A stretch of 64,000 nucleotides of DNA, taken from positions 2,589 to 66,588 of the IMG/VR virus record IMGVR_UViG_3300017767_000004; one strand, given 5' to 3'. Below the pieces are notes generated by a model. The model was not told where the DNA came from and made no database searches. It saw only the letters and a list, made by a program, of their open reading frames with translations. The stretch is from a virus. How positions within the stretch are numbered: position 1 is the first letter of the stretch; each line of letters begins with the position of its first letter. Both the position numbers and the translations under genes were made by a program. Below, one piece after another: positions 6,856 through 17,545 of this stretch.

Positions 6856-9777
6856 ATGAAGAATGCCTTCTCTGCCTTAATGATGACCTTTGTTATGCTA
6901 CTTTCTCTGTCAGCAGTAGCCGTTTCTGCGGCTATTCCAGATGGCGATGGAACTAACGGAATTGACCGAAACCCGACCTCGCCAGAACAGGACGTAAGCG
7001 TTGTAACACGCACAATCGACATGGCTTCAGCGACGTCAAGTATGGAGGTGACCTTCGATAGCGGAATGATTCGAAACTCGAATCCCGCAGCTTCAACTGC
7101 AAACCTTGCAGATTTGTACAGCCCACACAAAATGAAGTGGGACGTTACTACTGCAATTCCTAACACTGGCCCTGGTGCCTTTGCCCAATACGCATTGCCT
7201 TCCGATCCAAGCGAACTTTCTCATGGGGCAGACCATGGGCTAATGGTTGACATTTCGGATACTGCTGAAGTCACGCTAATCGATATTGAGTCCTCTTCTC
7301 AAGTCAAAACTACTTTCCAAAATTGGTATGGCAGTCTTGACCGAACTACTCCACATGGCGTAGGAGATTCAATTTCAACTGCAATCCTCGGAGAATGTAA
7401 CGACGTGGGCTCACGCCTTATCTGCAACATGAATGCGGATTTTGACGGTGATGCTTCAAACGGTAATGATGGTATCGATGATGGATTGACAACTAACATG
7501 ATGGTTGCACCATCCAGCGGTGGCGGAGATGCTGCGTATGGATATGGCCTTTTGGCAGAAGGTTCAACCGCAGACAAGTATTTCGGAATTGATTTCCAAG
7601 TGGCACACAATGCTACACTTATCGTTGATGGAGTTGCCCTGGCAGAAGGCAACACACAAAACGTCCAAGAAAATGCAGAAGTCATCATTCGATGCACAGA
7701 TTTGAAGTGTACCGAAGACGACATTGTTCTATCTGTTCCGACTGCATACGATGCATCAAATTGGGATAATGTAAATTTGATTCTACCAGACGATGCAGAA
7801 ATTTACAATTCAACAAGCCGTATTTCAGTTTACGATCAAACCACATTCAAGTTGACCTTTGGTGTTGACGCTTCGCACACATCAAACGCAACCGCGTCAG
7901 GGGTTCTTTGGGACCCATCAGTAATCATTGAAACAAATGAGCCTGGTATGCGTATGGGGAAAATCCATGATGGAGAAATGTCATGGTGCGATGCAAGTTG
8001 GTTCTTGGCAAAGTGCAACGGCGCTGAGAGCTTCGACGGGAACACAACCGATGGTGCTGACGGAATGATTATGAGAATCACCCTCCCACTCGAAACCTTC
8101 TGGAGCATGGCTGCTTGGGGCGGATATGACAACACAATGTTGCAAATCACCCACCCTAACACAGACTCCTGTTTCAACGGTCAAGTCAACACTCACATTT
8201 ACACAGAGGCAGGTTATGATGCTCTTGTTTCTAAGAATTCAATGATAAATTACTTGCTTTCGGGCAACTACTACTCAGTAGGAGACTTTGGAGTTGCAGA
8301 CTCTTCAGCATCCTTCGGCACAAGTGCCGTTGACTATTGTACTGGCTCAACATCAGGAATCGTAGCCACTGACATTAAGTTGGACGCACTCGCATCTATC
8401 ACACAAAACCCATTGCTTGTTTCTTACAACAATGGCATGTATGATATTGCAGAACGAGTCTTCGACTTCTATGTGGTCGTTTCCCCCGAGGTCGGTACAA
8501 TGAACGCTGGCTCTCCTTCGTTCAATGTCAACATGGAAGGCGGAGACGCACCAAAGTTGAAATTCACACACAGTACAAACCAAGATCCACTTGCAAATCA
8601 ACCTGGTATTACTCGAACGACAGATACTACAAATCAAACAAACCCTGCTTTCGCAACACCATATGTAATGCATTACTCAGGAATCACTCCTTCAGACAAT
8701 GTTATTCAGGGCCGTGATTTAGTTGGTTTCGAACAAGCAGGTGGCGACTATGGGCCTGAATTCATGGGAATCCAAGATGCATCAACATGGGACGCAAGAA
8801 CCGACGAGGCATCATACGCACCAACAGAAAGCACTCCACGTTCAACCGTTGAATGTGGCGTTGCAGTTGCAGATGCAGACATGGTGGAATCCTCAATCGA
8901 AATTTTCACAAATGTTGACACAAGCAAACATACTGGAGAAAACAATGAATCAGAATGGAAAGCATACGGTGTTAGAAATTCAAACAACTCACTTTGGGGA
9001 ATGGGTCCATTCATCGGAGCAAACACAGGTAATCTAAGTGTTGACAACAAAGAAGTCAACACAGGTTCGAGCGCCGTTTCATACACAGGCGTTTTCGTTA
9101 ATGGAGACAACTACAAGGCAGTTTGCACATTCAAGTTTACTTCTTATGATGTTCAAGCCGAAAACTTCACAACACAAACTCTAACCTACACAACACAGTT
9201 CTCTGCCGCTGAAGACGGAGATTACAACTCTGGCGGTGGCGGAGATGTTGGAGATGATGATGGCCTCTTTGATGACCTCGATGGATACGACTACTTGATT
9301 ATCGGACTTGCACTTGCAATCGCAATTCTTGGCGGTGTCATGCTATTTCGTGGCGACCGAATGAATAATGGATTTGATTGGTTCGATGATCGCTTTGCAA
9401 TGGTTCTCTTTGGCGTGGGTATTATCCATGCCTGGATTGCTCATCACTTCTTCTATGACGTGGCCGACCCACTGAGCGAAGAATGGGCTCTTGTCATTGG
9501 TTCAGCCGGATACATTGTTATCGGGCTTTCGATTTATCTCTATGGAGGTGGAAACACAACACGTTCAATGCGAAACATGCGCTACTTGGTCGGAGGATTG
9601 CTTTTGATTCTCTTGGGAGTTCCAACTGCGCTCGAAGGATTCACAGGTGGAGACTTCGAAGACGTCTCCTGGACATTCCCAGTTTACGATGTTATTGCTT
9701 TTGTCGGTAGTGCCATCGGAACTATTCTATTGGCATCAGGGCTTGGCATTCTATTCCGAAGGGAGGGGATGAACTGA
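6856..9777 (+). CDS. 973-aa secreted surface (glyco)protein with C-terminal multi-TM anchor
   Basis: Signal peptide; acidic S/T/G/N-rich ectodomain with Cys pairs and many N-x-S/T sequons; ~5 C-terminal TM helices. Confidence 0.85.
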   Translation: MKNAFSALMMTFVMLLSLSAVAVSAAIPDGDGTNGIDRNPTSPEQDVSVVTRTIDMASATSSMEVTFDSGMIRNSNPAASTANLADLYSPHKMKWDVTTAIPNTGPGAFAQYALPSDPSELSHGADHGLMVDISDTAEVTLIDIESSSQVKTTFQNWYGSLDRTTPHGVGDSISTAILGECNDVGSRLICNMNADFDGDASNGNDGIDDGLTTNMMVAPSSGGGDAAYGYGLLAEGSTADKYFGIDFQVAHNATLIVDGVALAEGNTQNVQENAEVIIRCTDLKCTEDDIVLSVPTAYDASNWDNVNLILPDDAEIYNSTSRISVYDQTTFKLTFGVDASHTSNATASGVLWDPSVIIETNEPGMRMGKIHDGEMSWCDASWFLAKCNGAESFDGNTTDGADGMIMRITLPLETFWSMAAWGGYDNTMLQITHPNTDSCFNGQVNTHIYTEAGYDALVSKNSMINYLLSGNYYSVGDFGVADSSASFGTSAVDYCTGSTSGIVATDIKLDALASITQNPLLVSYNNGMYDIAERVFDFYVVVSPEVGTMNAGSPSFNVNMEGGDAPKLKFTHSTNQDPLANQPGITRTTDTTNQTNPAFATPYVMHYSGITPSDNVIQGRDLVGFEQAGGDYGPEFMGIQDASTWDARTDEASYAPTESTPRSTVECGVAVADADMVESSIEIFTNVDTSKHTGENNESEWKAYGVRNSNNSLWGMGPFIGANTGNLSVDNKEVNTGSSAVSYTGVFVNGDNYKAVCTFKFTSYDVQAENFTTQTLTYTTQFSAAEDGDYNSGGGGDVGDDDGLFDDLDGYDYLIIGLALAIAILGGVMLFRGDRMNNGFDWFDDRFAMVLFGVGIIHAWIAHHFFYDVADPLSEEWALVIGSAGYIVIGLSIYLYGGGNTTRSMRNMRYLVGGLLLILLGVPTALEGFTGGDFEDVSWTFPVYDVIAFVGSAIGTILLASGLGILFRREGMN

Positions 9778-10370
9778 GTACTCCATACGAAACATTTGGA
9801 GACTTTACCAATACCGATTGGACCTTCTTCCTTGTAGGGACTCTATCGCTCATCGTAGGAATCTATGTTATGGGTGCAAAAGACCGAGACGGACCATTGG
9901 GGCTCAGTATTTGGTCCTCTTCTAATTTCTCCGCTGCAACAATTATGTTTGGATTGGGGACTCTTGGAATGTGGCTAACGAACCGCCTCGACGAAGGAAT
10001 GTTGACTGAATTCTTAGGAGATGGATCAACGGATGCAATCTATTCGCAGACCATCGGAGTTATTACGGCATTTGCTCTTACAGGTGCAGTGATTGTAGCT
10101 TCGGTTATGGATAAGGAATCACCCTTGCCAAACTGGACAGGGCCTCTTATCGGGTTCTTGGGTACTTCAGTGCTCTTTGCTTCAGGACTTACCATCGTGG
10201 TTGACAAATTCTATACCTCTGGCTTCGAGTCGGGCGTTGATTGGATACCGCTATTCCCACTTAACGGCTTTTTCGCAAGCATCTGGTCAACAGCACTTCT
10301 TGCATACGCTACTGCGACAATCAATGGCATCTTGAAGGCTCAAACAGAAGCCTTTGGTGCTGATATTTGA
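9774..10370 (+). CDS. Polytopic membrane protein (~5 TM); probable CTG start at 9774 (first ATG at 9870)
   Basis: The frame is open upstream of ATG 9870 and encodes an extra TM (DWTFFLVGTLSLIVGIYV); CTG overlaps the upstream TGA, 5 nt after GGGAGGGG. Confidence 0.7.
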   Translation: MSTPYETFGDFTNTDWTFFLVGTLSLIVGIYVMGAKDRDGPLGLSIWSSSNFSAATIMFGLGTLGMWLTNRLDEGMLTEFLGDGSTDAIYSQTIGVITAFALTGAVIVASVMDKESPLPNWTGPLIGFLGTSVLFASGLTIVVDKFYTSGFESGVDWIPLFPLNGFFASIWSTALLAYATATINGILKAQTEAFGADI

Positions 10371-10380
10371 AGCCATAAAA

Positions 10381-10440
10381 TGTGATGATAGACCAATTAC
10401 ATGCGCTGGATTCATAACCTTAGAAGCATTGAATTGTGCT
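10381..10440 (+). promoter_or_regulatory. Bipartite promoter, copy 3
   Basis: TGTG at 10381, GATTCATA at 10409, ATG at 10441. Confidence 0.6.
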
Positions 10441-13400
10441 ATGAAGAGAAACGTGTCAATTGGCGTATTCTTGGCCGTAGTGATGTTATCATCGACTGTC
10501 CTTGCATCATTCACCGTTCAACAAACATTTCAACAGTATGGTAAGGCAGATAATTTTGATGATACCAACTCCTTGAATGAATGGTCAAGGAATGATGTAA
10601 ATTACCAACCAGAGGCGCACTTCACGAATATGTTTACAACGCAACCCTCTCCAGATGGTACGCAAGTTGACACATATGTTTTTTCAAGCAGAACGTATAG
10701 AATGCCAGGAGGGGAAATTGGCCTTTTGGATCAAGACATGGGGATAGTGAATGGGTACTACGGAAACACAAACCCTTCGCAATCTCTTCAACAAATCAAA
10801 ATCCAACCCTCGTCCAGTCAAGCAAAAATCGAATCCGAGTTTACTTACTACACGCCCAAAGCAGGAGAAATTGACCGCTATGGTGGCAATTACAATATGA
10901 CCTTCCTCGGATTCAGCGATGAAAAATTCTTACCTGCCGATTTGCTTGAGAATCCTCATTCTTTTACTCACACCATGGCAGTAGGGGAAACGCAATATTG
11001 TGACGATGACAACAATCCATGCATGTATCAATCCAATCACATTACTTTGCCGTTGTGTGAAGCAAATAACTGCACTAATGCAGACCATGATACCCGACTG
11101 AGGCTTGCTAATGGCGATTATTCACCTGGCATGACTGGCTGGCAAGTAGTCTCGAACATAACAAATCAAGCTCTTACCTATGAAATTGAAAGCGAAGCAT
11201 TGACTAATGGAGATTCAGATTTCTATGTGCGGTTAGCGGGAGAAGATGATTGGACAATGCTACAAAATGGAGACGCTCGCGCATCTAATTTTATCGAATT
11301 TATGATTGCTCCTAACGAATCTGTATATTCAAACGCTTACTCAAAACCCCATTCAATTAGAGGCGAATTGCCAACACCCATGCTCTATAACATGACTTAT
11401 GACAAGGAAATACAAGCGGAAAATTGGGAACATTCTGTTTATTTCACTGAAAACCGAGCGTATTTGTCATTTAATGCAACTCATAACCCAGCATATTATC
11501 AACGGATCAATGAGGAAGTAAATATTTCAACGAACATAACGGCTGATTACATCATATGGGACCCCGAAGTGGTTTACGTTGATGAAGACAACGTATGGTC
11601 TAACGATGCTAAAGCATCAGATATGTCTTGGAAACAAGGAGTTGACAGAGATGGTGGGCATATTTACGGATACGCTGCACCTTCTGCCATCGAACTGAAC
11701 GGCCAAAATACATTGCCAATAACGTATGATAATCTTGTATTGGGTAAGAAGACCTCGGGCAGTATAGCAACAGATGGAGGCTATTGGTGGGCTTCAGGTT
11801 ATGCAACTCCGAAACATGGAAGTTGGGACAATTTTGAAACAGGAGACGGTTGGTGTGGAGAATCAAACTCTTATGGTCATGCAGGTTGCTCTGTTCAAGG
11901 TTTTTCTTCAAATTGGGCTGGCGACCATTGGAATACTGATGATACGACAGCGTTGCCACTTATTGACTCCACATACGACTTCGACGGAACAGTTGTAGCA
12001 TTCACAATGGACAAAAATTCATGGATTAGCCAAGGATTTGATGGCTTCGAAGAATTACACGTCGAAGTTGGACTTCAATCAATGGGATATGCAAATTCAC
12101 TTTCCTCTTCTGGCGGTTGGTCAAATGGATTAGGCTCTTGGTTTAATGCTAATGGTGGTTGGTATGAAAATTGTTTTAATGGTTTCATCGACCTTTATGC
12201 CGTACCCGAAAACGATTATGATAGTATGTACGGCACTGCTCAATATTCATTCCCATGGTATCCAGGTCAAAATGAAGACACCTACGGTTGGGTCTCCACT
12301 GATCCATCCGATACTTCGGAAATCAATTGGGGTATTAGGCCAGACAATGATTGGCGAACTCCTGAGTATTGGTATAGAGAAATTGGCCCTTCTAATAATG
12401 GCCCAAAAGTGTACATGACCGAATACTCCGATGAGGGATATACAGACGGCCCAAGACAAGGCGGAGCAGAACACACATACGATTTGAGGGATAACTCATA
12501 TTGGGCGAATATGTACAATCACGAATTAGGCTCAACAAATACGGGGGTGCAAATGAAAGTAAACAACTGGCAAGCGCATCGATTACCAGACGGGTATAAA
12601 ATCCTAAATGACGACCACCTTGAAGATGGCGGCGGCGCTTACGCAGGGGATAGAGCACCTGGATATGACAGTATTATGAATAGAGGCGAGGGATTGTACC
12701 AGTCGTCATTTAACCATGTTGCAGATTATTGGGACATTAACTTCTATTCCGATTCGGAGTTTCCTTTTGGCCCAACAGGATTTTACGATGCGTCAGTAGG
12801 TACAGTACAGCCAGACGGCTCGACAGGCCCATCAAGCAATCTCGCATACTACCATTTAGAAACCGTCGAGTTAGGAACTGCTCAAACCGATTTCTGCTAT
12901 GATCCAGTTAGTACCACAGGGCAAACTCGAACAAATAACATGGTTGGAGTCGAAAGCAATTCCAAAGTGCTTCTTGAGCATGACTCAGTAGAAGGACAAA
13001 CATATCTCAACATCGACATTGGAGCAGACTACTATGACAATGTTCTCGCTCGCTCGACTATGATGAGCACAACAGAGCTTATTGAAGCAGGTTGGCTTGA
13101 TGATGCTAACGATGATACTGTGGAAGGATACTTTTTCATTGACATTCGCTCAAGAACTGCTTGGAATACGAACACACAAACCAAGTCTGGTGATGATTTC
13201 AGAACTGAAGACGACTGGCTCACTTCAACTGCAACAGGCCTTAATTCAGGAGGCAATTCAAATTGGCAACCATTCAACTCTGTCCCACAGTCTCAGACTC
13301 CAAATATGGCAGTGTGCTGGGGAGATTGGGGCTCAAGCACCGATAGAATGGATACAGAAGACGGCCACTGGTGGGATTACGAAACAGAACAATTCCTTCC

Positions 13401-15753
13401 ATCAAACTCAAACAACGGCTGGGTTCAAGATGACACTTTTTGTTTAGATAAATACGGTGCCGCCGGCGAAGCAAGGAAAAACATAGATTGGCAGGATTTC
13501 ATCGACACCACGACATGCGTTTCAGATGAACCAGTAGCAAGTCAAGTTGGACAAAACCCCGACAAGGCATTTTGGTGTGGTCTAAATTTAATGTCGCCAG
13601 AGAACGACGATGTTGAACCAATTAGAATTATTGCTCAATCAGCGCCTTACATCGCAGCAATTGACTTAGACCCAGACGGTGATGGTATCCCTGGGGATGG
13701 TGTTGCTGGCGGTCAAGACCAATGCCCGAACACAAATACAAATCAGGACGTTGACGAAGATGGTTGTCCAACAACAGAGACACCATCTGATGAAAACTTG
13801 GAAGACGACCAAGACGAGTTAGCGCCGTATGGCGGTCAAAACGATTACGACTCCGATGGCATTGTGGATCTATTCGACAAATGCGATACAAAATCGGGAG
13901 TAGGATATGCACCCGACTATGCAAACTACACTACTCAAGACCATATTCAATACATTGTGAATAGGTGGGCTCCAGGTTCGAGAATTTACGTTACTTCGTT
14001 TAACAGTGTAGGATATGAAAATTGGAGACCAGGTTGCCCTATTGAAAGGCCGTATGAGCCTCAACAAGACGACGACGACGGCGACCCAGGGCAGCCAGGA
14101 CCGCCCGAGTTTGTACCTCCATGGAATCCACCAGAGTACAGTCCATGTCAAAATGGAGAAGAAGATTTAGGAATTTACACATGGGAGGATGAGGATTACG
14201 ACTCATTTGACCCCGATGGTGATGGTTACCCGACAGGTCAAGAAAGGCGTGAAGGAACGGATGAAAACGACGCAAACTCAAAACCTTCTGGTTCTGCTGA
14301 CGCAGCAACAGATTGGATTGATGAGGACTGGAATGACCTAAAGGATAATGATGGCGACGGTCTAATCGATGAGGATGGATTCGATGATTGCGATGGTGAC
14401 GATTGGGAACTATGGACCGACCCGACCTTTGACGGAAGAGTTGAAGCTATGTATTCGGTAAAAGACCAAGACGGCAGATACATTCCCAAAGGCAACTCAC
14501 AAATTATTGCTGAGCAAGACAATCAAATAAACGATGAATGGAATGTTTACGATACATCATGGGAGGAATTTTCAATTAGAACAGATATGCGCTCAGAGCC
14601 ATTGCTATTCCATCAAGACGTCCTTTCACAACAATCAACTCAAGTTCAATGCAACGCAATTATGAAGCATGGTAGCCAAGCGAGAATGAACATGCAACTA
14701 TTTGTATGGATGCCTTGGACAGAAATAGATCGCATTGTTGATTCAAACATAGGCATTGAGCAGTCCGACCTGAACTTAGGATTTTTCGGCAGAAATCAAA
14801 TTACAAACTACACGGACCCTGGGGGCTCTGGTGAACGAGGCGCATATGTGCCATACGGCCAAGCAACAGGATTCCATACCACAATGATGCCTCTGCCAGT
14901 TGGTACAGGCAATCAAAACTATTCTGGTTCAGCGTTGACGGGAGAAGGGCAACGTTACTTGGCAAGTCAAACAGGATGGCTTGGCTTAGACGAAAACCCA
15001 CTCATGTTTGTTAATTTTGCAGAAGGGCATTACAGAATGAAATGTATTGCTGAAGAAATCAAATCGATTCCCAACTCAAGTCAAACATACGTTGCCAACC
15101 AAATAGTAATTCAGGATTTCACGGCAGTTGCTCTATGCGTTGATGGAGATTTACCAAACCCTCCGAACTTAAATGGAGATTGTGTCCGAACTAATGGTGG
15201 TGGATCAATAACAACTTCTGAAACGGTTAATGCTTTGCTCGACAATGTAATCATACTCGGCATAGCAATTATTCTATTGGCTCTGTCCGTACTTCTTTGG
15301 TTTATCGAATGGCGTATTGCTGCTATTGGCCTTGGTTTAGCAACGATTTCTTATTCCTTGTCATTGGGAGACGAAGGGCAATTATTTGGAACACTCCTGC
15401 ACGTTGGTTTGCTCGCAGGATTTACATTAGTTGTAGCCGAGATTGGAAGCAAATTAGGCGGCTTTGGTCTTGCAGGTGCATTGTATTCATTTGCAGGCGC
15501 AGGATGGTTCTTAATGCACACATTAGTTCTCTTTGACATTATCGAAACAAACGACTTCATAATCAATGCTTATCCATTTGTGGCGCTAATACTTTCCTTG
15601 ATATTCTTAGCGATAACAGTCGCAGGTGCCTTAGTCGTGTTTGAATTAGATGATGAACCGTGGGTGCCCGAAATGGTTGACTTAGATACAATATCGGGAG
15701 GCGGATTGCTCGCTAAAGGAATCATTGCTAACCTTCGAAATGAAAGAGGTTAA
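10441..15753 (+). CDS. ~1770-aa secreted surface (glyco)protein with DxDGDG Ca-binding repeats and C-terminal multi-TM anchor
   Basis: Signal peptide MKRNVSIGVFLAVVMLSSTVLA; TSP3-like DPDGDG...DQCP motifs at ~13660-14400; N-x-S/T sequons; ~4-5 C-terminal TM helices. Confidence 0.85.
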   Translation: MKRNVSIGVFLAVVMLSSTVLASFTVQQTFQQYGKADNFDDTNSLNEWSRNDVNYQPEAHFTNMFTTQPSPDGTQVDTYVFSSRTYRMPGGEIGLLDQDMGIVNGYYGNTNPSQSLQQIKIQPSSSQAKIESEFTYYTPKAGEIDRYGGNYNMTFLGFSDEKFLPADLLENPHSFTHTMAVGETQYCDDDNNPCMYQSNHITLPLCEANNCTNADHDTRLRLANGDYSPGMTGWQVVSNITNQALTYEIESEALTNGDSDFYVRLAGEDDWTMLQNGDARASNFIEFMIAPNESVYSNAYSKPHSIRGELPTPMLYNMTYDKEIQAENWEHSVYFTENRAYLSFNATHNPAYYQRINEEVNISTNITADYIIWDPEVVYVDEDNVWSNDAKASDMSWKQGVDRDGGHIYGYAAPSAIELNGQNTLPITYDNLVLGKKTSGSIATDGGYWWASGYATPKHGSWDNFETGDGWCGESNSYGHAGCSVQGFSSNWAGDHWNTDDTTALPLIDSTYDFDGTVVAFTMDKNSWISQGFDGFEELHVEVGLQSMGYANSLSSSGGWSNGLGSWFNANGGWYENCFNGFIDLYAVPENDYDSMYGTAQYSFPWYPGQNEDTYGWVSTDPSDTSEINWGIRPDNDWRTPEYWYREIGPSNNGPKVYMTEYSDEGYTDGPRQGGAEHTYDLRDNSYWANMYNHELGSTNTGVQMKVNNWQAHRLPDGYKILNDDHLEDGGGAYAGDRAPGYDSIMNRGEGLYQSSFNHVADYWDINFYSDSEFPFGPTGFYDASVGTVQPDGSTGPSSNLAYYHLETVELGTAQTDFCYDPVSTTGQTRTNNMVGVESNSKVLLEHDSVEGQTYLNIDIGADYYDNVLARSTMMSTTELIEAGWLDDANDDTVEGYFFIDIRSRTAWNTNTQTKSGDDFRTEDDWLTSTATGLNSGGNSNWQPFNSVPQSQTPNMAVCWGDWGSSTDRMDTEDGHWWDYETEQFLPSNSNNGWVQDDTFCLDKYGAAGEARKNIDWQDFIDTTTCVSDEPVASQVGQNPDKAFWCGLNLMSPENDDVEPIRIIAQSAPYIAAIDLDPDGDGIPGDGVAGGQDQCPNTNTNQDVDEDGCPTTETPSDENLEDDQDELAPYGGQNDYDSDGIVDLFDKCDTKSGVGYAPDYANYTTQDHIQYIVNRWAPGSRIYVTSFNSVGYENWRPGCPIERPYEPQQDDDDGDPGQPGPPEFVPPWNPPEYSPCQNGEEDLGIYTWEDEDYDSFDPDGDGYPTGQERREGTDENDANSKPSGSADAATDWIDEDWNDLKDNDGDGLIDEDGFDDCDGDDWELWTDPTFDGRVEAMYSVKDQDGRYIPKGNSQIIAEQDNQINDEWNVYDTSWEEFSIRTDMRSEPLLFHQDVLSQQSTQVQCNAIMKHGSQARMNMQLFVWMPWTEIDRIVDSNIGIEQSDLNLGFFGRNQITNYTDPGGSGERGAYVPYGQATGFHTTMMPLPVGTGNQNYSGSALTGEGQRYLASQTGWLGLDENPLMFVNFAEGHYRMKCIAEEIKSIPNSSQTYVANQIVIQDFTAVALCVDGDLPNPPNLNGDCVRTNGGGSITTSETVNALLDNVIILGIAIILLALSVLLWFIEWRIAAIGLGLATISYSLSLGDEGQLFGTLLHVGLLAGFTLVVAEIGSKLGGFGLAGALYSFAGAGWFLMHTLVLFDIIETNDFIINAYPFVALILSLIFLAITVAGALVVFELDDEPWVPEMVDLDTISGGGLLAKGIIANLRNERG

Positions 15754-15757
15754 ACAA

Positions 15758-16075
15758 ATGTTTGGCAGAAAAAAGGCTAAACCGAGATTGTTTAGAGGAA
15801 ATGCCGATAGCGTTTCCCGAACCGGTAAAAGGAGAGTAAACCGAGCGAAAACCGGCGGAATGCAAAGAAGATACAATCGACAATCCTCCAAGTTGAAAAA
15901 AGCAGGGTTCAAGTTCGGTGGTGCTAAACCAATGAACCGAATGAATCCAACAGAGCTTGCGAAGATGCACAAAAAAGCAAACTCTGGCAAATACGATGTT
16001 AGAACAATAACCGAGCCTCCTAAGTGGGAGAATGAAAGCCCAAGAGAATATGTTATGTTTAGGAGGAAATCCTGA
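15758..16075 (+). CDS. Small highly basic protein (possible genome-binding protein; possible degenerate tag)
   Basis: K/R-rich; SD GAGGT; C-terminal half loosely resembles the shared module (ELAKMHKKANSGKYDVRTI...EYVMFRRK). Confidence 0.65.
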   Translation: MFGRKKAKPRLFRGNADSVSRTGKRRVNRAKTGGMQRRYNRQSSKLKKAGFKFGGAKPMNRMNPTELAKMHKKANSGKYDVRTITEPPKWENESPREYVMFRRKS

Positions 16076-16602
16076 TGCTCGAAGATTTTGTTAATCCAGG
16101 CGGAGGGATCGGTTATGAGATGCTGGACTCCAGTATGTTTCAAATTCTCGCCGTAATATTTGTCGTTTTCTTTTTCATATTGAGAAGTTGGAATGGCAGA
16201 CCTGGGTTTTGGCAGGATGAATATGAATACTCATTGTTCGTAGGAACGAGTTTATTTTTGCTTACACTATCGCGTTTTTGGTATGGAGAAGCATCGGCTT
16301 CAGCATATGATAATTTGACGGATACTGATGCGTTGTTAAATTCCTATGAATTAACCATCGCATTCACATTTCTAATTTTTGGCGTATTGATCCCTTCATT
16401 CTTTTTCCCCCTTCAACTTGAAACAGGGCCTTCGATGACACTGCTACGGCTAATTTCATCATTCAGTTTCTTCGTTTACATTTTGCCTTTAGCATGGAAT
16501 TCTGATGCCAACGATTTAATCTTCTATTTCCAAGGTTTAGATTTACTACATTTGGGATTATACACTGGTTATGTGATAGGATTTATTATTTGGTGGAGGT
16601 GA
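16075..16602 (+). CDS. Polytopic membrane protein (4-5 TM)
   Basis: Hydrophobic segments; TGATG overlap with the upstream gene. Confidence 0.75.
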   Translation: MLEDFVNPGGGIGYEMLDSSMFQILAVIFVVFFFILRSWNGRPGFWQDEYEYSLFVGTSLFLLTLSRFWYGEASASAYDNLTDTDALLNSYELTIAFTFLIFGVLIPSFFFPLQLETGPSMTLLRLISSFSFFVYILPLAWNSDANDLIFYFQGLDLLHLGLYTGYVIGFIIWWR

Positions 16603-16609
16603 TTAGTTT

Positions 16610-17536
16610 TTGAAGCGAAGATACAACAGAAAAGGGCCTGGTAAGACAAGGAGATTTGGCTTAAGAGATTATCAGTTGGGCAATACGTTTAGAGCCATAA
16701 CTCTTGATTCTAATGGACAGATACAAACAGAGTCTTCCTATGAAGAAAGAAACGATAAAGCGCAACTACAAGCAATGAAACTTCGTCGAGGCGGAATAAA
16801 TGCCAGAGTGGTGAACGGGTCAGGCTGGACGGCAATCTATGTTGGAGTTCAAACCAGCGGCACGAAAGTACAGACAGCCAAGCCTCTCGGGGGCAGGTCA
16901 TGGGGGCCAGATGTTCCGCAATCGATGATAAAACAGTTGCCGCAATCAGCCATAAAACCGGTTGACATTTCTAAGACGTTCGGAATCAAAGGCGAGCCAG
17001 TGAAAGTCGAAGTCAAATCTGAAGTCAAATCCAAAGAGCCATCTTCGGCTCTTCAACAGTATGAAGATGACAAAGCGAACATAATTCGAGTATTACTTTC
17101 TCAAAAGAAACCAACGGAGCTTGGCATGGGAACATTTTCTTCAGAATCAAGCCTAATTGACGCAGTAAAAATCGTAAAGGAACAAGATGCAGTTGAATTA
17201 TTCGCTTCAGTGCCTTTACAAGACGGACCAAAGGCATTAAAATCGTGGCTCGAATCTCTTACCAAAACAAAGGAAATCGAAAAATATTCTAAAAGAGAAG
17301 ACGTCAAGAAATTGGCCTTAGTCCTTAGTAATAGGAAAGACCCAACCGTTGAGAATTTAGAAGGTGTTGAATTACTGGTGGCATATTCAAAGAATAAACC
17401 AGTAGCATTCCAACTTTCCGATCAACTGACTTCAACTAAAGTCCTGCAAAAAGCCCAAGAGAGGATGGATAAGAGAAAATTCCCCGAATCAGCTTGGAAA
17501 AAATTTGCTTCAAATTTCCAAAGGAACAACGCATGA
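16610..17536 (+). CDS. Hypothetical protein with N-terminal shared module
   Basis: KAQLQAMKLRRGGINARVVNGSGWTAIYVG; TTG start after GGAGGTGA. Confidence 0.8.
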   Translation: MKRRYNRKGPGKTRRFGLRDYQLGNTFRAITLDSNGQIQTESSYEERNDKAQLQAMKLRRGGINARVVNGSGWTAIYVGVQTSGTKVQTAKPLGGRSWGPDVPQSMIKQLPQSAIKPVDISKTFGIKGEPVKVEVKSEVKSKEPSSALQQYEDDKANIIRVLLSQKKPTELGMGTFSSESSLIDAVKIVKEQDAVELFASVPLQDGPKALKSWLESLTKTKEIEKYSKREDVKKLALVLSNRKDPTVENLEGVELLVAYSKNKPVAFQLSDQLTSTKVLQKAQERMDKRKFPESAWKKFASNFQRNNA

Positions 17537-17545
17537 GGAATAAAA

